A DNA stretch of 64,000 nt from Caulobacteraceae bacterium (GTDB lineage Bacteria > Pseudomonadota > Alphaproteobacteria > Caulobacterales > Caulobacteraceae): NCBI GenBank assembly GCA_947475845.1, contig CANJMO010000005.1:11676-75675 (forward strand). The letters are read 5' to 3'. The notes beneath the pieces are model-generated. The model was not told where the DNA came from. It searched no databases and saw nothing but the letters and a program-made list of their open reading frames with translations. Made by a program: the position numbers and the translations under genes. Shown here in pieces: positions 51,979 through 63,998 of the stretch. Position 1 is the stretch's first letter. Each line of letters begins with the position of its first letter.

Positions 51979-53411
51979 TTCTTGATCGGAGCCTTGATCG
52001 CCGGCGCGTCTTCCCAGCCGCCGCCCAGCGTCTTGAACACGGTGATCTGGTTGCTGACCAGGGCGCCGTCGGACGCCGCCAGGTCGGTCTGCGCCTGGAC
52101 CAGGGTCCGTTCGCTATCGAGCACCTCCAGGAAGCTCGAGCCGCCCGCTTCGAAACGGATCTGCGCCAGCCGCTGGGCCTCCGACGCCTGATCGCGCGCC
52201 ACCGCCAGGGCGGCGTTGCGGTCCAGCTCGCCGCCATAGGCGGCCAGGGCCTGCTCGGTCTCCTTCAGCGCGTTCAGCACCGTGCCGTTGAACCCGGCCA
52301 GGGCGCCCGACGCCTGGGCCTCCGCCGCCTTGATCTGGGCCTGGGCCACCAGGGTGTTGGGGAAGCTCCAGCTGATCAGCGGGCCGAGGCCGAACGCCTG
52401 GTTCTGATACTGGCCGAGGCCGTTCAGGGTGGTCGATGAAGCGCTGAGCCCCGCGCCGAGACTGACGGTCGGGAACAGGTTGGCGGTGGCCACGCCGATC
52501 CGCGCGGTGGCGGCGGCCAGGTTGCGTTCGGCCTGGGCCACGTCGGGCCGGCGGCGCAGCAGTTGCGTCCCGTCGCCCACCGGGATCGGCTGTTTCAGCA
52601 GCGGCGGCGTGCGGCAGGCGTCGGCTTGGGCCGACAGGGTCTCCGGCGTGCGCCCGGTCAGCACCGCCAGCTGGTACAGGGACGACAGCCGCTGGCTTTC
52701 CACACGCGGGACGAGCGCCTTGGCCTGGGCCAGCAAGGTCGCCTGACGGGCCACGTCGAAGTCCGACAGGCCCCCGGCGTCGTGCTGGCGCACGGTGATG
52801 TCGTAGCCCTGCTGCACCAGATCGACCGAGCGGCGGGCCACGGCGACCTGCTCGCCGAAGGCGCAGGCGTTGGCGTAGGCGCGGGTGGTCTCCGCCGCCA
52901 CGGTCACCCGCACAAAGTCCTGGGTCGCGGCCAGGGCGGCGGCGTTGGCCCGGGCGGATTCGATGGAGCGGCGGACCCGGCCGAGCAGGTCGACCTCGTA
53001 GGAGACATCGAGCCCGGCGCTATAGGCCCATTGGTTGGTCGCGCGCACGCCCTTGGCGGTAGCGGCGGCGTTGGCCGAGGCGGTGCGGCCGAAGGTGTCG
53101 CCGGCGCTGAGGCGTGTGGAGGGGAACAGCCCAGCCTGCGCCTGATCCAGGAACGCCCGCGCCTGGGCCAGGTTGGCGGCGGCTGCCTGCAGGTCGGTGT
53201 TCTCGCTCAAGGCCTGCTGCACCAGCGCGTCCAGCACTGGGTCGTTGTACAGCCGCCACCACTGGTTCGGCGCGGCTGCGGGCGCGGCGATCATGGGAGT
53301 CGCGGCGACGAAGGCCGGCGGACCGGCCCGCGTCGGCGCTTCATAGTTGGGGCCGACGGCGCAGCCGACGAGGCCGGCGGACGTCAGCAGCAGGGCGAGG
53401 GCGCGCTTCAT
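51975..53411 (-). CDS. RND efflux outer-membrane lipoprotein (NodT/OprM family)
   Basis: Lipobox LLTSAGLVGC, GPNYEAP motif, two OEP repeats. ATGA overlap with the stop of the upstream pump gene. Confidence 0.9.
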   Translation of the reverse strand: MKRALALLLTSAGLVGCAVGPNYEAPTRAGPPAFVAATPMIAAPAAAPNQWWRLYNDPVLDALVQQALSENTDLQAAAANLAQARAFLDQAQAGLFPSTRLSAGDTFGRTASANAAATAKGVRATNQWAYSAGLDVSYEVDLLGRVRRSIESARANAAALAATQDFVRVTVAAETTRAYANACAFGEQVAVARRSVDLVQQGYDITVRQHDAGGLSDFDVARQATLLAQAKALVPRVESQRLSSLYQLAVLTGRTPETLSAQADACRTPPLLKQPIPVGDGTQLLRRRPDVAQAERNLAAATARIGVATANLFPTVSLGAGLSASSTTLNGLGQYQNQAFGLGPLISWSFPNTLVAQAQIKAAEAQASGALAGFNGTVLNALKETEQALAAYGGELDRNAALAVARDQASEAQRLAQIRFEAGGSSFLEVLDSERTLVQAQTDLAASDGALVSNQITVFKTLGGGWEDAPAIKAPIKN

Positions 53412-56400
53412 TCCCCGGCCTCCAGACCGGCCGCGTGCGGCGCCCCGCCGGTGGTCGGAACCTCGGGCGGCGGCCGCTTGGCCTTGGGCAGCTTGTCGGA
53501 CAGCGAGCGGCACAGGACGTAGAACACCGGGGTGAAGATCAGGCTGAACACCGTCACCCCGATCATGCCGAAGAACACCGCCGTCCCCAGGGCCGAGCGC
53601 ATCTCCGCCCCCGCCCCCGATGCGAACGCCAGGGGCGCCACGCCGAGGATGAAAGCGAACGAGGTCATCAGGATCGGCCGCAGGCGGGTGCGCGCCGCCT
53701 CGATGGCGGCTTCCCAGCGGCCCAGCCCGCGCTCCATCTCGCCCTGGCGCGCGAACTCGACGATCAGGATGGCGTTCTTGGCCGCCAGGCCGATCAGTAC
53801 GATCAGACCGATCTGGGTCAGGATATTGTTGTCGCCGCCGCGCAGGTTCACCCCCGTCACCGCGCCCAATAGGCACAGCGGCACGATCAGGATCACAGCC
53901 AGCGGCAGGGTAACGCTCTCATACAGCGCCGCCAGCAGCAGGAACACGAACACCACCGCCAGCACGAACACCGCTACGCTGGAGCCGCCGGCCAGCTGCT
54001 GCTGATAGGCCAGTTCGGTCCACTCCCAGCCGAAGCCCTGCGGCAGCACGCGGTTGGCGGTCTGCTCCATGGCGGCCAGCGCCTCACCTGACGACTTGCC
54101 CGCACCCGGGTCGCCCTGGATCTCGGCGGCGGGATAGAGGTTATAGCGCAGCACCCGATAGGGCCCGAGCGTGCGGTGGACGTTGACCACCGAGCCCAGC
54201 GGCACCATCGCCCCGCTCTTGGACCGGGTCTGCAGTTGCGCGATCGCCGCCTCGTCCTGGCGGTAGGGCCCGTCCGCCTGCGCCTGCACCTGGAAGGTGT
54301 GGCCGACGAAGTTGAAGTCGCTGGTGTAGGTCGAGCCCAGATAGGTCTGCAGGGTCGAGAACACATTGCTGTCGGGCACGCCCAGGAACTCGGCCTTGTC
54401 GCGGTCGATGTCGGCGAACACCCGCGGCGTGCGGTTGTTGAAGGTGACGAAGGCGTTGGACACCGCCCCGGTCTTGATCGCCTCGGCGGCGACCGCCTTG
54501 GCCGCCTGCTCCAGCGCCACCAGGCCGCGGCCGTCGCGGTCCTCGATGATCATCTTGAACCCGCCGGCGCTACCGACGCCGCGCACCGACGGCTGTTGCA
54601 GCACGCGGATCTCGGCCCCGGGGATGCTCTTGGCGGTGCGCTTGCGCACGTCGGCCATGATGCTGGCCAGGTCCATGCCCTTCTTGCCGACCCGCTTGTC
54701 GAAGGGCTCCTCGACGGCGAACACCTGGATCGAGTTAGAGGCCAGCGAATTGCTGGTCGCGTCCGCCCCCACCACCAGCACGGCGGCCAGCACCCCGGGG
54801 GTCTCGTTTAGGTCCTTGCGCAGCTGCTTGGCCACCTCTTCGGTGCGTTGCAGCGACGAGGCCGGCGGCAGGGTCGCCGAGACGATGAAGTTGCCCTGGT
54901 CGGAGGCCGGGATGAACCCGCCCGGCGTCGCGTTCAGTCGCCAGGCGGTCAGCGCCAGCAGCACCACATAGGCGATCACCATCAGACCGCGGGCGCTGAG
55001 CAACTTGCGCGTCAGGCCGGCGTAGTCGTCGCTCAGCTTGTCGAACCTGCGGTTGAAGGTCAGGCTGAAGTTGTGCATCGCCCGAGCCATCGGCTTGCGC
55101 GGCGCGTCTTGCCCGTCGTGCGGCTTCAGCAGCAGGGCCGCGACGGCGGGCGATAGAGTCAGGGATACGACCAGCGAGAAGATCGTCGCCGTGGCGATGG
55201 TCAGGGCGAACTGGCGGTAGAACTGCCCGGCGATCCCGGTCACGAACGCCGCCGGCACGAACACCGAAGCCAGCACCAGCGCGATGGCCATCAGCGCCCC
55301 GCCGACCTCGTCCATGGTCTGGTGCGCCGCTTCCAGCGGGCTCATGCCCTGACGCAGGTGGCGCTCGATGTTCTCGACCACGACGATGGCGTCGTCGACC
55401 ACGATGCCGATCGCCAGCACCAGGCCGAACAGGGTCAGGTTGTTGATCGAGAAATCGAACAGCTTGAGCACCGCCACCGTGCCGATCAGCGAGATCGGGA
55501 TGGCCAGGATCGGGATCACAGCGGCGCGCCAGCTCTGCAGGAACACCACGATCACCAGCACCACCAGCAACAGGGCGATGCCGAGCGTCTTCTGCACCTC
55601 CTCGACCGAGGCGCGGATATATTCGGTGGGGTTGTAGATGATCTTGTAGCCGACGCCCGGCGGGAACTCGCGCTCCATGTCGTGCATCGTCCTGACGATG
55701 ATGTCGGCGGTCTGCAGCGCATTGGTGCCGGGCAGCTGCAGGACGCCGACGTTGACCGCCGGAATCTCGTTCATATAGGCGCTGGAGGTGTAGTCCTGCG
55801 CGCCCATCTCGACCCGGGCGATGTCGCTGACCCGGGTGATCCGACCGGCGTCGTCGCGTTTGATGATGATGTCGGCGAACTGCTGCGGCGTCGACAGCCG
55901 CCCCAGCGCCTGCACGTTCAGCTGATAGGCGGTGTTACCCCCCGGCGCGAACGGCGGTCCGCCGACGGTGCCGGCCGCCACCTGCACGTTGTGGCTGGCG
56001 ATGGCCTGGGTGATCTCCTGGGCCGTCAGATTGCGCGCCGCCGCCCGGTCCGGATCGATCCAGATGCGCATGGCGTAGTCGCGTGCGCCGCGCAGGTTGA
56101 GGTCGCCGACCCCCTCGATACGCAGCAGCCGGTCGCGGATCTGCAGCGCCGCGTAGTTGGCCACATAGGGATAGTCCTTGGTCCCGTCCGGCGAATAGAC
56201 CTGGATCGCCAGCAGGAAGTCGGGCGAAGCCTTGCGCACGGTGACGCCGGTGTCGCGCACCGCCTGCGGCAGGCGCGGGGTGGCCACGGCCACGCGGTTC
56301 TGCACCAGCACCTGCGCCTTATCCAGGTCGGCGCCGAGCTTGAACGTCACGGTGATCTGCAGGCGGCCATCGCCGGTGCCCTGGGACGACATGTAGAGCA

Positions 56401-56629
56401 TGTCCTCCACGCCGTTGATCTGCTGCTCGATCGGCGTGGCCACGGTCTCGGCCACGGTCTCGGCCGAGGCCCCCGGATAGACCGCGCTGACCACCACCGT
56501 CGGCGGCGCAACCTGCGGATACTGGGCGGTAGGCAGGGTCGGGTAGGCGATGATCCCCATGATGGTGATCAGGATCGAGATCACCGCCGCGAACACCGGC
56601 CGGTCGATGAAGAAGTGGGCGATTTTCAC
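53408..56629 (-). CDS. RND (HAE1) multidrug efflux permease, AcrB/MexB-like
   Basis: 1073 aa, MKIAHFFIDRPVFAAVISILI.., 12-TM architecture with two large periplasmic loops. Confidence 0.95.
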   Translation of the reverse strand: MKIAHFFIDRPVFAAVISILITIMGIIAYPTLPTAQYPQVAPPTVVVSAVYPGASAETVAETVATPIEQQINGVEDMLYMSSQGTGDGRLQITVTFKLGADLDKAQVLVQNRVAVATPRLPQAVRDTGVTVRKASPDFLLAIQVYSPDGTKDYPYVANYAALQIRDRLLRIEGVGDLNLRGARDYAMRIWIDPDRAAARNLTAQEITQAIASHNVQVAAGTVGGPPFAPGGNTAYQLNVQALGRLSTPQQFADIIIKRDDAGRITRVSDIARVEMGAQDYTSSAYMNEIPAVNVGVLQLPGTNALQTADIIVRTMHDMEREFPPGVGYKIIYNPTEYIRASVEEVQKTLGIALLLVVLVIVVFLQSWRAAVIPILAIPISLIGTVAVLKLFDFSINNLTLFGLVLAIGIVVDDAIVVVENIERHLRQGMSPLEAAHQTMDEVGGALMAIALVLASVFVPAAFVTGIAGQFYRQFALTIATATIFSLVVSLTLSPAVAALLLKPHDGQDAPRKPMARAMHNFSLTFNRRFDKLSDDYAGLTRKLLSARGLMVIAYVVLLALTAWRLNATPGGFIPASDQGNFIVSATLPPASSLQRTEEVAKQLRKDLNETPGVLAAVLVVGADATSNSLASNSIQVFAVEEPFDKRVGKKGMDLASIMADVRKRTAKSIPGAEIRVLQQPSVRGVGSAGGFKMIIEDRDGRGLVALEQAAKAVAAEAIKTGAVSNAFVTFNNRTPRVFADIDRDKAEFLGVPDSNVFSTLQTYLGSTYTSDFNFVGHTFQVQAQADGPYRQDEAAIAQLQTRSKSGAMVPLGSVVNVHRTLGPYRVLRYNLYPAAEIQGDPGAGKSSGEALAAMEQTANRVLPQGFGWEWTELAYQQQLAGGSSVAVFVLAVVFVFLLLAALYESVTLPLAVILIVPLCLLGAVTGVNLRGGDNNILTQIGLIVLIGLAAKNAILIVEFARQGEMERGLGRWEAAIEAARTRLRPILMTSFAFILGVAPLAFASGAGAEMRSALGTAVFFGMIGVTVFSLIFTPVFYVLCRSLSDKLPKAKRPPPEVPTTGGAPHAAGLEAGE

Positions 56630-56638
56630 GCGGCTCGC

Positions 56639-57844
56639 CTAGCGCACGTTGGCGACGGTGGCGGTGACCGCGGGCGGCGGTTCGGAGGCCATGCCGTTCT
56701 CGGCGGGCTTCACCGGCTTCAGCACGATCTTGCCCTCGACGCCCTTGGCCTTCACCCCCGGACGCACCCGCTGCAGGCCGTCGATGATCACCTTGTCGGT
56801 GGCCTTCAGCCCGGTCTTGATCACCCGCAGGCCGTCGACCTCGGGGCCGGGATCGACCGCCACCTGCTTGACCATGCCGTCGTCGCCCAGGACGTAGACG
56901 ATCTGGTCGGTCTGGTCGGCCAGCACCGCCTGGTCGGGCACCAGGAACGCCTTATAGGGCGCCGAGCCCAGCAGCCGCAGGTGGCCGAACATGCCCGGCG
57001 TCAGGAAGTTGTTGGGGTTGTCCACCACCGCCCGGCCGCGGATCGTGCCGGCCTGGGTGTTCATGGCGTTGTCGACGAAGTCCATCCGCCCGCGCCAGCG
57101 GAAATCGGCCTCGTCCTGCAGGCGGATCAGCACCGGGTTCTGGGTGTCGCGGGACGACTTGCGCGAGCCGCCGCGGTTGTCGCGCTGGTACTTCAGATAC
57201 AGGGCCTCGGAACCGTCGAAGGCGAAGCGGATCGGATTGACGCTGACGATGGTGGTCAGGACGGTGTTGTCGGCGTTGACCAGGTTGCCGACGGCGATGC
57301 GGCGGTCCGACACCCGGCCGGACAGGGGCGCGGTCACCCGGGTGAAGCCGACGTTCAGCTGGGCGGCGCGCACCGTCGCCTGGGTCGCGGCCAGGTCGGC
57401 GGCGGCCTGGCGCTGGGCGGCCTGGCGGTTGTCGAATTCCTGCTGGCTGATGGCCCGCGCGGTCAGCAGCACCTGCCCCCGGTCCAGGGCGATCTTGGCG
57501 TTGGTCGCCGCCGCCTCGGCCCGGGTCTCCTGCGCCTTGGCCTGGTCCAGCGTCGCCTGATACGGGCGCGAGTCGATCGTGAACAGCAGCTGGCCCTTCT
57601 TGACCACCTCGCCGTCCTTGAAGCCGATGCTCTGCAGATAGCCCGAAACCCGCGGCCGGATGTCGATCTGGTCCACCGCCTCGAAGCGCCCGACGAAGTC
57701 GTCCCAGTCGGTGACTTCCTTCTGCATCGGAAGCGAGACCGTCACCGTCGGCGTCGGCGGCTCGGGCTTGTCCTTCTTGCCGCACGCGGCCGCGCTCAGG
57801 CCGAGCATCATCAGGAACGCGACACGGGCGGGTCGGAAGGTCAT
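56639..57844 (-). CDS. RND efflux periplasmic adaptor (membrane fusion) lipoprotein
   Basis: Lipobox LGLSAAAC, then barrel-sandwich hybrid, coiled-coil hairpin and beta-barrel pattern. Confidence 0.92.
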   Translation of the reverse strand: MTFRPARVAFLMMLGLSAAACGKKDKPEPPTPTVTVSLPMQKEVTDWDDFVGRFEAVDQIDIRPRVSGYLQSIGFKDGEVVKKGQLLFTIDSRPYQATLDQAKAQETRAEAAATNAKIALDRGQVLLTARAISQQEFDNRQAAQRQAAADLAATQATVRAAQLNVGFTRVTAPLSGRVSDRRIAVGNLVNADNTVLTTIVSVNPIRFAFDGSEALYLKYQRDNRGGSRKSSRDTQNPVLIRLQDEADFRWRGRMDFVDNAMNTQAGTIRGRAVVDNPNNFLTPGMFGHLRLLGSAPYKAFLVPDQAVLADQTDQIVYVLGDDGMVKQVAVDPGPEVDGLRVIKTGLKATDKVIIDGLQRVRPGVKAKGVEGKIVLKPVKPAENGMASEPPPAVTATVANVR

Positions 57845-58060
57845 CGGAGCCTAAACCTGTCTGCGGATGCGCCGGACGTCGCCAGCGATAATCGCACGAG
57901 TTGCGGTATCAACCATTGCCGGTTCCGCGCGCCCCTCGTCAACGGACAAATCCGACATGCGCCGGATTAATTGGGGCTTTTGTAGCCGGCCTGAAAAATC
58001 GCCACAGTCCTTGTGACGAATTTATCGCTTCTAAGCGTCACCGTAATACAGGCAATGGGT

Positions 58061-58843
58061 TCAGAGAAAATTATTGGGCCAGATCATCGTCCGCCACATG
58101 TGCGCGGAGGGCGAACCGTCGAAGCCCAGGCCCTCCTCCGGCTGGCGGAAATGGCGGCCGATGACGTCGGTGAACGCCTCGGGATCCAGGGGCGTGGCGG
58201 TGTCGAAGAAGTAGATGTCGTACAGCGTCACCAGCCGCGCGCTCATGTACCAGCGGTGCGCCCGCGCCTCCTCCGCCTCGCGCCGGATGTACTCGGGCGG
58301 GACGTAATCGGGCCCGAAGAAGCGGTCGTAGCTGGCCGGATAGGCGTAGCCCACGCTCTCGTCGGCGAAGTAGCGCAGGGCCTGGTGCCTCTGCACCGCC
58401 CACGCCACCTCCTCGTCGACATAGGGCGCCACGATCTGCGCGCCCCAGTAGCCGTGGTCCGGCCGCACCAGGCAGCCGTTGGAGATGTCGTGTAGCAGGC
58501 ACGCCAGCACCACCTTCTCCTCGTGCCCGTCATCCATAGCATGCTTGGCGCTGGTCAGCAGGTGGCGGAAGGTGATGTCGCCGAAGCGCAGCTTGAAGAA
58601 GTCCATCAGGGTCGGCTTGGCCGGCATCCGCGGCAGGGCCGGGTTGTCGCCCATCATCATCACCGCGCTCGGCGACAGCGAGGCCAGCTGCTCCGGCTCG
58701 GGGTCCGGCGTATCGGTGCCGATCCGCCCGATCGGACTGGGCAGGATCATCCGCTTGCGGCCCGCCTGCGGAAACTCAGCCGCCAACTCGGCCATCTCGA
58801 AGGCGATGGCCGCCTCATTCGGGGACGTCGCGTCGTCGCTCAT
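58061..58843 (-). CDS. HD-domain protein (metal-dependent phosphohydrolase / HD-oxygenase-like)
   Basis: ..FRHLLTSAKHAMDDGHEEKVVLACLLHDISNG.. gives an H...HD pattern. GAGGAGG SD before the ATG at 58843. Confidence 0.65.
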   Translation of the reverse strand: MSDDATSPNEAAIAFEMAELAAEFPQAGRKRMILPSPIGRIGTDTPDPEPEQLASLSPSAVMMMGDNPALPRMPAKPTLMDFFKLRFGDITFRHLLTSAKHAMDDGHEEKVVLACLLHDISNGCLVRPDHGYWGAQIVAPYVDEEVAWAVQRHQALRYFADESVGYAYPASYDRFFGPDYVPPEYIRREAEEARAHRWYMSARLVTLYDIYFFDTATPLDPEAFTDVIGRHFRQPEEGLGFDGSPSAHMWRTMIWPNNFL

Positions 58844-58936
58844 GACCCCTCCTCTTGTGAACCGGGCGGATAAGGCTAGCTTCGGACGCCGGTCGCCCTG
58901 AAGAGCGACCACATCATAGATGGGAGCGGCCGCGCG

Positions 58937-59881
58937 ATGAACGAACCTCTGAAATCAATTCTGATGGCGGGCCTCATGACCACCCTGATCGCCGGCGCGG
59001 CCGCCTCCCAGGTTCCCGACGACATCGCCGCCAAGATCGCCGCCATCGGCCGCGTCGTCGATCCGCCCGGCACCGCCAAAATCTACGGCCCGCTGCAGAA
59101 GACCATGCCGCAACCCGGCGTGAAGGTGACCCGCGACGTCGCCTTCGGTCCCGGGCCCAAAGACACCATGGATGTGTTCACGACTGAGGCGAAAGCCGCC
59201 CCCAAGCCGATCCTGATCTTCGTCCACGGCGGCGCCTATGTCGGCGGCGACAAGAATTCCACCCCCGATGGCAAACCCAGCCCGTTCTACGACAACATCA
59301 TGCTGTGGACGCTTTCGCACGGCATGGTGGGCGTCAACATCAACTACCAGACCGCGCCCAAGGCCACCTACCCTGAGGTCCAGCAGGACATCGCCAAGGC
59401 CGTGGCCTGGGCCCGCGCCAACGCCGCCTCGTTCGGCGGCGATCCCAAGCGCATCGTCCTGTGGGGCCATTCCGCCGGCGCCGCCCACGTCGGCAGCTTC
59501 GTCGCCCACCCGGAAACCTACGCCGACATCCCCGGCGCCAAGGCCGACGTCCAGGCCGCGGTGATGACCTCCGGCAGCTACGAGTTCGAGGGCAAGGACC
59601 ACATCTACTTCGGCCCGTCCGCGACCTTGAAGGCGCGCTCGTCCACCGCCGGCCTGATCAGGTCCAAGGTGCCGCTGTTCGTCCTGTGCGCCGAGCTCGA
59701 TCCCGAATTCATGGTGGTCGAGGCCAAGGAACTGGACGCCGCCCTCACCAAGGCAAAACGCACCCACCAGTTCCAGATCAACGCCAAACACGGCCACATG
59801 TCGGAAAGCTACGCGGTCAACACCGCCGACCAATCCGTCTCCGGCCCGGTCCTGACCTTCATCCAGAAATACGCGAAGTAG
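58937..59881 (+). CDS. secreted alpha/beta hydrolase (carboxylesterase/lipase-like)
   Basis: Signal peptide, oxyanion HGGAYVGGD, nucleophile elbow GHSAGA, C-terminal His. Confidence 0.85.
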   Translation: MNEPLKSILMAGLMTTLIAGAAASQVPDDIAAKIAAIGRVVDPPGTAKIYGPLQKTMPQPGVKVTRDVAFGPGPKDTMDVFTTEAKAAPKPILIFVHGGAYVGGDKNSTPDGKPSPFYDNIMLWTLSHGMVGVNINYQTAPKATYPEVQQDIAKAVAWARANAASFGGDPKRIVLWGHSAGAAHVGSFVAHPETYADIPGAKADVQAAVMTSGSYEFEGKDHIYFGPSATLKARSSTAGLIRSKVPLFVLCAELDPEFMVVEAKELDAALTKAKRTHQFQINAKHGHMSESYAVNTADQSVSGPVLTFIQKYAK

Positions 59882-59887
59882 GCCCCT

Positions 59888-59916
59888 GCTCCTCCCCCGC
59901 TGCGCAGGGGAGGAGC
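59888..59916. terminator. 10-bp GC hairpin between convergent genes (no T-run)
   Basis: GCTCCTCCCC-9 nt-GGGGAGGAGC. Confidence 0.35.
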
Positions 59917-59924
59917 GGACGCTC

Positions 59925-60131
59925 CTACAGTTCCTTGTCCGGCAACGGCACCCACGCGAACGCCACGTCGCCGCTGGCCTCGACCTCGTCGCCGGCCGGG
60001 GATTGCAGCACCCAGCCGCCGTGCAGGCAGCGCGACACCGCCACCACGACCTCGCTGGTCAGGGGCGAGCGGAACGCCACCACGATCGACGATCCATCGC
60101 GCGGGGCGAGGTCTATCGGCTTCCAGCTCAT
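59925..60131 (-). CDS. small hypothetical protein (68 aa)
   Basis: MSWKPIDLAPRDGSSIVVAF.. has non-junk composition and sits just upstream of the methyltransferase gene on the same strand. No family recognised with confidence. Confidence 0.4.
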   Translation of the reverse strand: MSWKPIDLAPRDGSSIVVAFRSPLTSEVVVAVSRCLHGGWVLQSPAGDEVEASGDVAFAWVPLPDKEL

Positions 60132-60158
60132 GCCAATCTCCTTAAGGCTTCTGGCTCC

Positions 60159-60899
60159 TTACGGCTTCTGGAACACCATGATGAAGCGGTCGGTGTGGCG
60201 GCGGATCGCCGGGTCGAAGATCACCTTGGAGTGATCGTCGCCCTTGTTGGCCAGGACACTGGACTCGCGGATCAGCTTGAAGCCCGCCGCCAGCACCTCG
60301 GCCTTCAACGCGGCAGGCTCGATGCGGTGCAGGGTCTTGGTCATGGTAATGCCCGTGCCTGCCGCCGCGGCGTGGTCCTCGACGAAGAAGATGCCGCCCG
60401 GTTTCAGCGCGTTGAACACCGCCTTGCTGAACACCGCCGTGTCCATGCCGTTGTGGAAGTCATGGTAGTTGTCGGTGGTCCACACCATGTCGGGCTTTTC
60501 CGGCAGGGCAGCGAAGGTCAGGTAGTCGTCGCCGACGATGGTGATGTTGGGATATTGCGCGGCGAACGCCTTGATCCCGTCGGCCGCGGTCGGCCGCGCC
60601 GCCAGGCCGTTGACGTCCACCAGCAGCTTGCCCTTGGGGCCGATCACCTTGGACAGCATGCGGGTGTAGTAGCCGCCGCTGGCGCCCAGTTCGACGACGG
60701 TCTGGCCCGCCTTCACCCCCGAGGCGGCGATCACCTCGGCGGGCAGGCGCTCTTCATCCAGCGCCTTGTCCACGTCGGGGCGCAGCGGGTCGGCCGTGGC
60801 GGCGACGATGGCGGCCGAGGGTTTGCCTTGAGCTAGGGCGACGCCGCCCATCAGCATGGCGGCCGCGCCGGCGGCGAGGATGATCTTGAAAGCGGGCAT
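60159..60899 (-). CDS. secreted class I SAM-dependent methyltransferase
   Basis: Signal peptide MPAFKIILAAGAAAMLMGGVALA. Motif I VVELGASGGYYT. Start at ATG 60899. Confidence 0.8.
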   Translation of the reverse strand: MPAFKIILAAGAAAMLMGGVALAQGKPSAAIVAATADPLRPDVDKALDEERLPAEVIAASGVKAGQTVVELGASGGYYTRMLSKVIGPKGKLLVDVNGLAARPTAADGIKAFAAQYPNITIVGDDYLTFAALPEKPDMVWTTDNYHDFHNGMDTAVFSKAVFNALKPGGIFFVEDHAAAAGTGITMTKTLHRIEPAALKAEVLAAGFKLIRESSVLANKGDDHSKVIFDPAIRRHTDRFIMVFQKP

Positions 60900-61049
60900 G
60901 TCGCACTCCCTGTACTTAAATTCGTTGGTCGCCTGCGGGGAGGCCGGCGAGGCGGCGACCATGACACGGCCTCTTGCGATACGGAATCACTTTTAGTCGC
61001 GCTATAAGCCGCCCAGCGATTCAGCCAGCCCGCGACCCCGGAGCCATCC

Positions 61050-61556
61050 ATGTCCCTGTCCATGTCCCAAGCGTCCGCCCCCGTATTCCTGCAAGGGCTC
61101 AAGGGCCTGTCCGGCGTGCTCGACAAGGCCGCCGCTCACGTCGAGGCCCGCAAGATCGACCCCAACGCCCTGCTGCAGTCGCGGCTCTATCCCGACATGC
61201 TGACCATGACCCGCCAGGTGCAGATCGCCTGCGACTTCGCCAAGGGCGCCGTGGCCCGCCTGGCCTCTGCCGACATGCCGACCTTCGAGGATACGGAGAC
61301 GAGCTTCGCCGAACTCAAGGACCGCGTCGCCAAGACCATCGCCTACATCTCCAGCCTCGACGCCGCCGCCATCGACGGCTCCGAAGCCAAGGACATCAGC
61401 CTGGTCCGCCGCGGCGAGACCCATGTGTTCAAGGGCCAGGCCTACCTGCTGGAACAGGCCCTGCCGAACTTCTGGTTCCATGTCACCACCGCCTACGCCA
61501 TCCTGCGCCACAACGGCGTCGAGGTCGGCAAGAAGGACTTCCTGGCCACGGCCTAG
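61050..61556 (+). CDS. DUF1993 domain protein
   Basis: FLQGLKGLSGVLDKA..RLYPDMLTMTRQVQIACDFAKG..NFWFHVTTAYAILRHNGV is the DUF1993 pattern. Confidence 0.8.
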   Translation: MSLSMSQASAPVFLQGLKGLSGVLDKAAAHVEARKIDPNALLQSRLYPDMLTMTRQVQIACDFAKGAVARLASADMPTFEDTETSFAELKDRVAKTIAYISSLDAAAIDGSEAKDISLVRRGETHVFKGQAYLLEQALPNFWFHVTTAYAILRHNGVEVGKKDFLATA

Positions 61557-62564
61557 CCCGCCAGCACCGCCCGCATCGCCTTGGCCACCCGGTCGGGCCC
61601 CGGGAAATAGTCCCACTCGAAGGCGTGTGGATAGGGCGTGTCGAACCCGGCCACCCGGGTGATCGGCGCCTCCAGTCGGTAGAAGCAGCGTTCCTGGATC
61701 AGGGCGCTGACTTCGCCGCCGAAGCCGCCGAAACGGGTCGCCTCGTGTACGATCACGCAGCGCCCGGTCTTGTTGACCGAGGCTGTGATGGTCTCGATGT
61801 CCAGCGGCACGATGCTCCTCAGGTCGATCACCTCGGCGTCGATGCCGGTCTCGGCCACCGCCGTCAGCGCCACATGGACCATGGTGCCGTAGGCGATCAC
61901 CGTCACCGCCGCCCCTTCGCGGACCACCTTCGCCTTGCCCAGCGGCACGGTGTAGTGGCCCTCGGGGACTTCGGCGTCCGCGTGCGCCGACCACGGCGAC
62001 ACCGGGTTCTCGTGGCGTCCGTCGAACGGCCCGTTGTACAGCCGCTTGGGCTCCAGGAAGATCACCGGGTCGTCGTCCTCATGGACGCGATCAGCAGGCC
62101 TTTGGCGTCATAGGGATTGGACGGGATCACGGTCTTCAGCCCGGCCACATGGGCGAACAGGGCCTCGGGGCTCTGGCTGTGGGTCTGGCCGCCGAAGATG
62201 CCCCCGCCATAGGGGGTGCGCACGGTGATCGGGGCCCAGAACTCGCCGCCCGAGCGGTATCGCAGCCTTGCGGCCTCCGACGCCAGCTGGTCGAACGCGG
62301 GCAGGATGTAGTCGGCGAACTGGATTTCCGGCACCGGCCGCAGACCATAGGCGCCCATGCCGATGGCGGTGGCGATGATGCCGCCTTCCGCGATCGGGGT
62401 GTCGAAACAGCGCTTGGCGCCGTGCGTCTTCTGCAGCCCGTCGGTGACCCGAAACACCCCGCCGAAATAGCCGACGTCCTCGCCGAACAGGACCACGTCC
62501 GGGTCCTTGGCCATCATCACGTCGAGCGCCGAATTCAGCGCCTGCACCATGTTCATGCGCGCCA

Positions 62565-62565
<1 letters not shown>
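61553..62565 (-). pseudogene. 2-oxoacid (BCKD-type) dehydrogenase E1 beta subunit, frameshifted near 62077..62083
   Basis: [39 protein letters not shown].. runs to ..GLLIASM then RTTTR-stop. The next frame continues ..[17 protein letters not shown].. to the C-terminus. One missing base reconciles the two frames. Confidence 0.85.

Positions 62566-63998
<1,433 letters not shown>

Noticed and set aside
55322-57970. 882-aa ORF on the plus strand
   Set aside because: It is antisense to the RND pump and adaptor genes. Low-complexity Arg/Gly/Asp/His composition. It is a shadow ORF of a GC-rich coding region.
61553-61556. CTAG shared as the stop codon of two convergent genes
   Set aside because: It follows trivially from TAG being part of the palindromic CTAG. 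It is noted under the E1 finding and is not a signal in itself.
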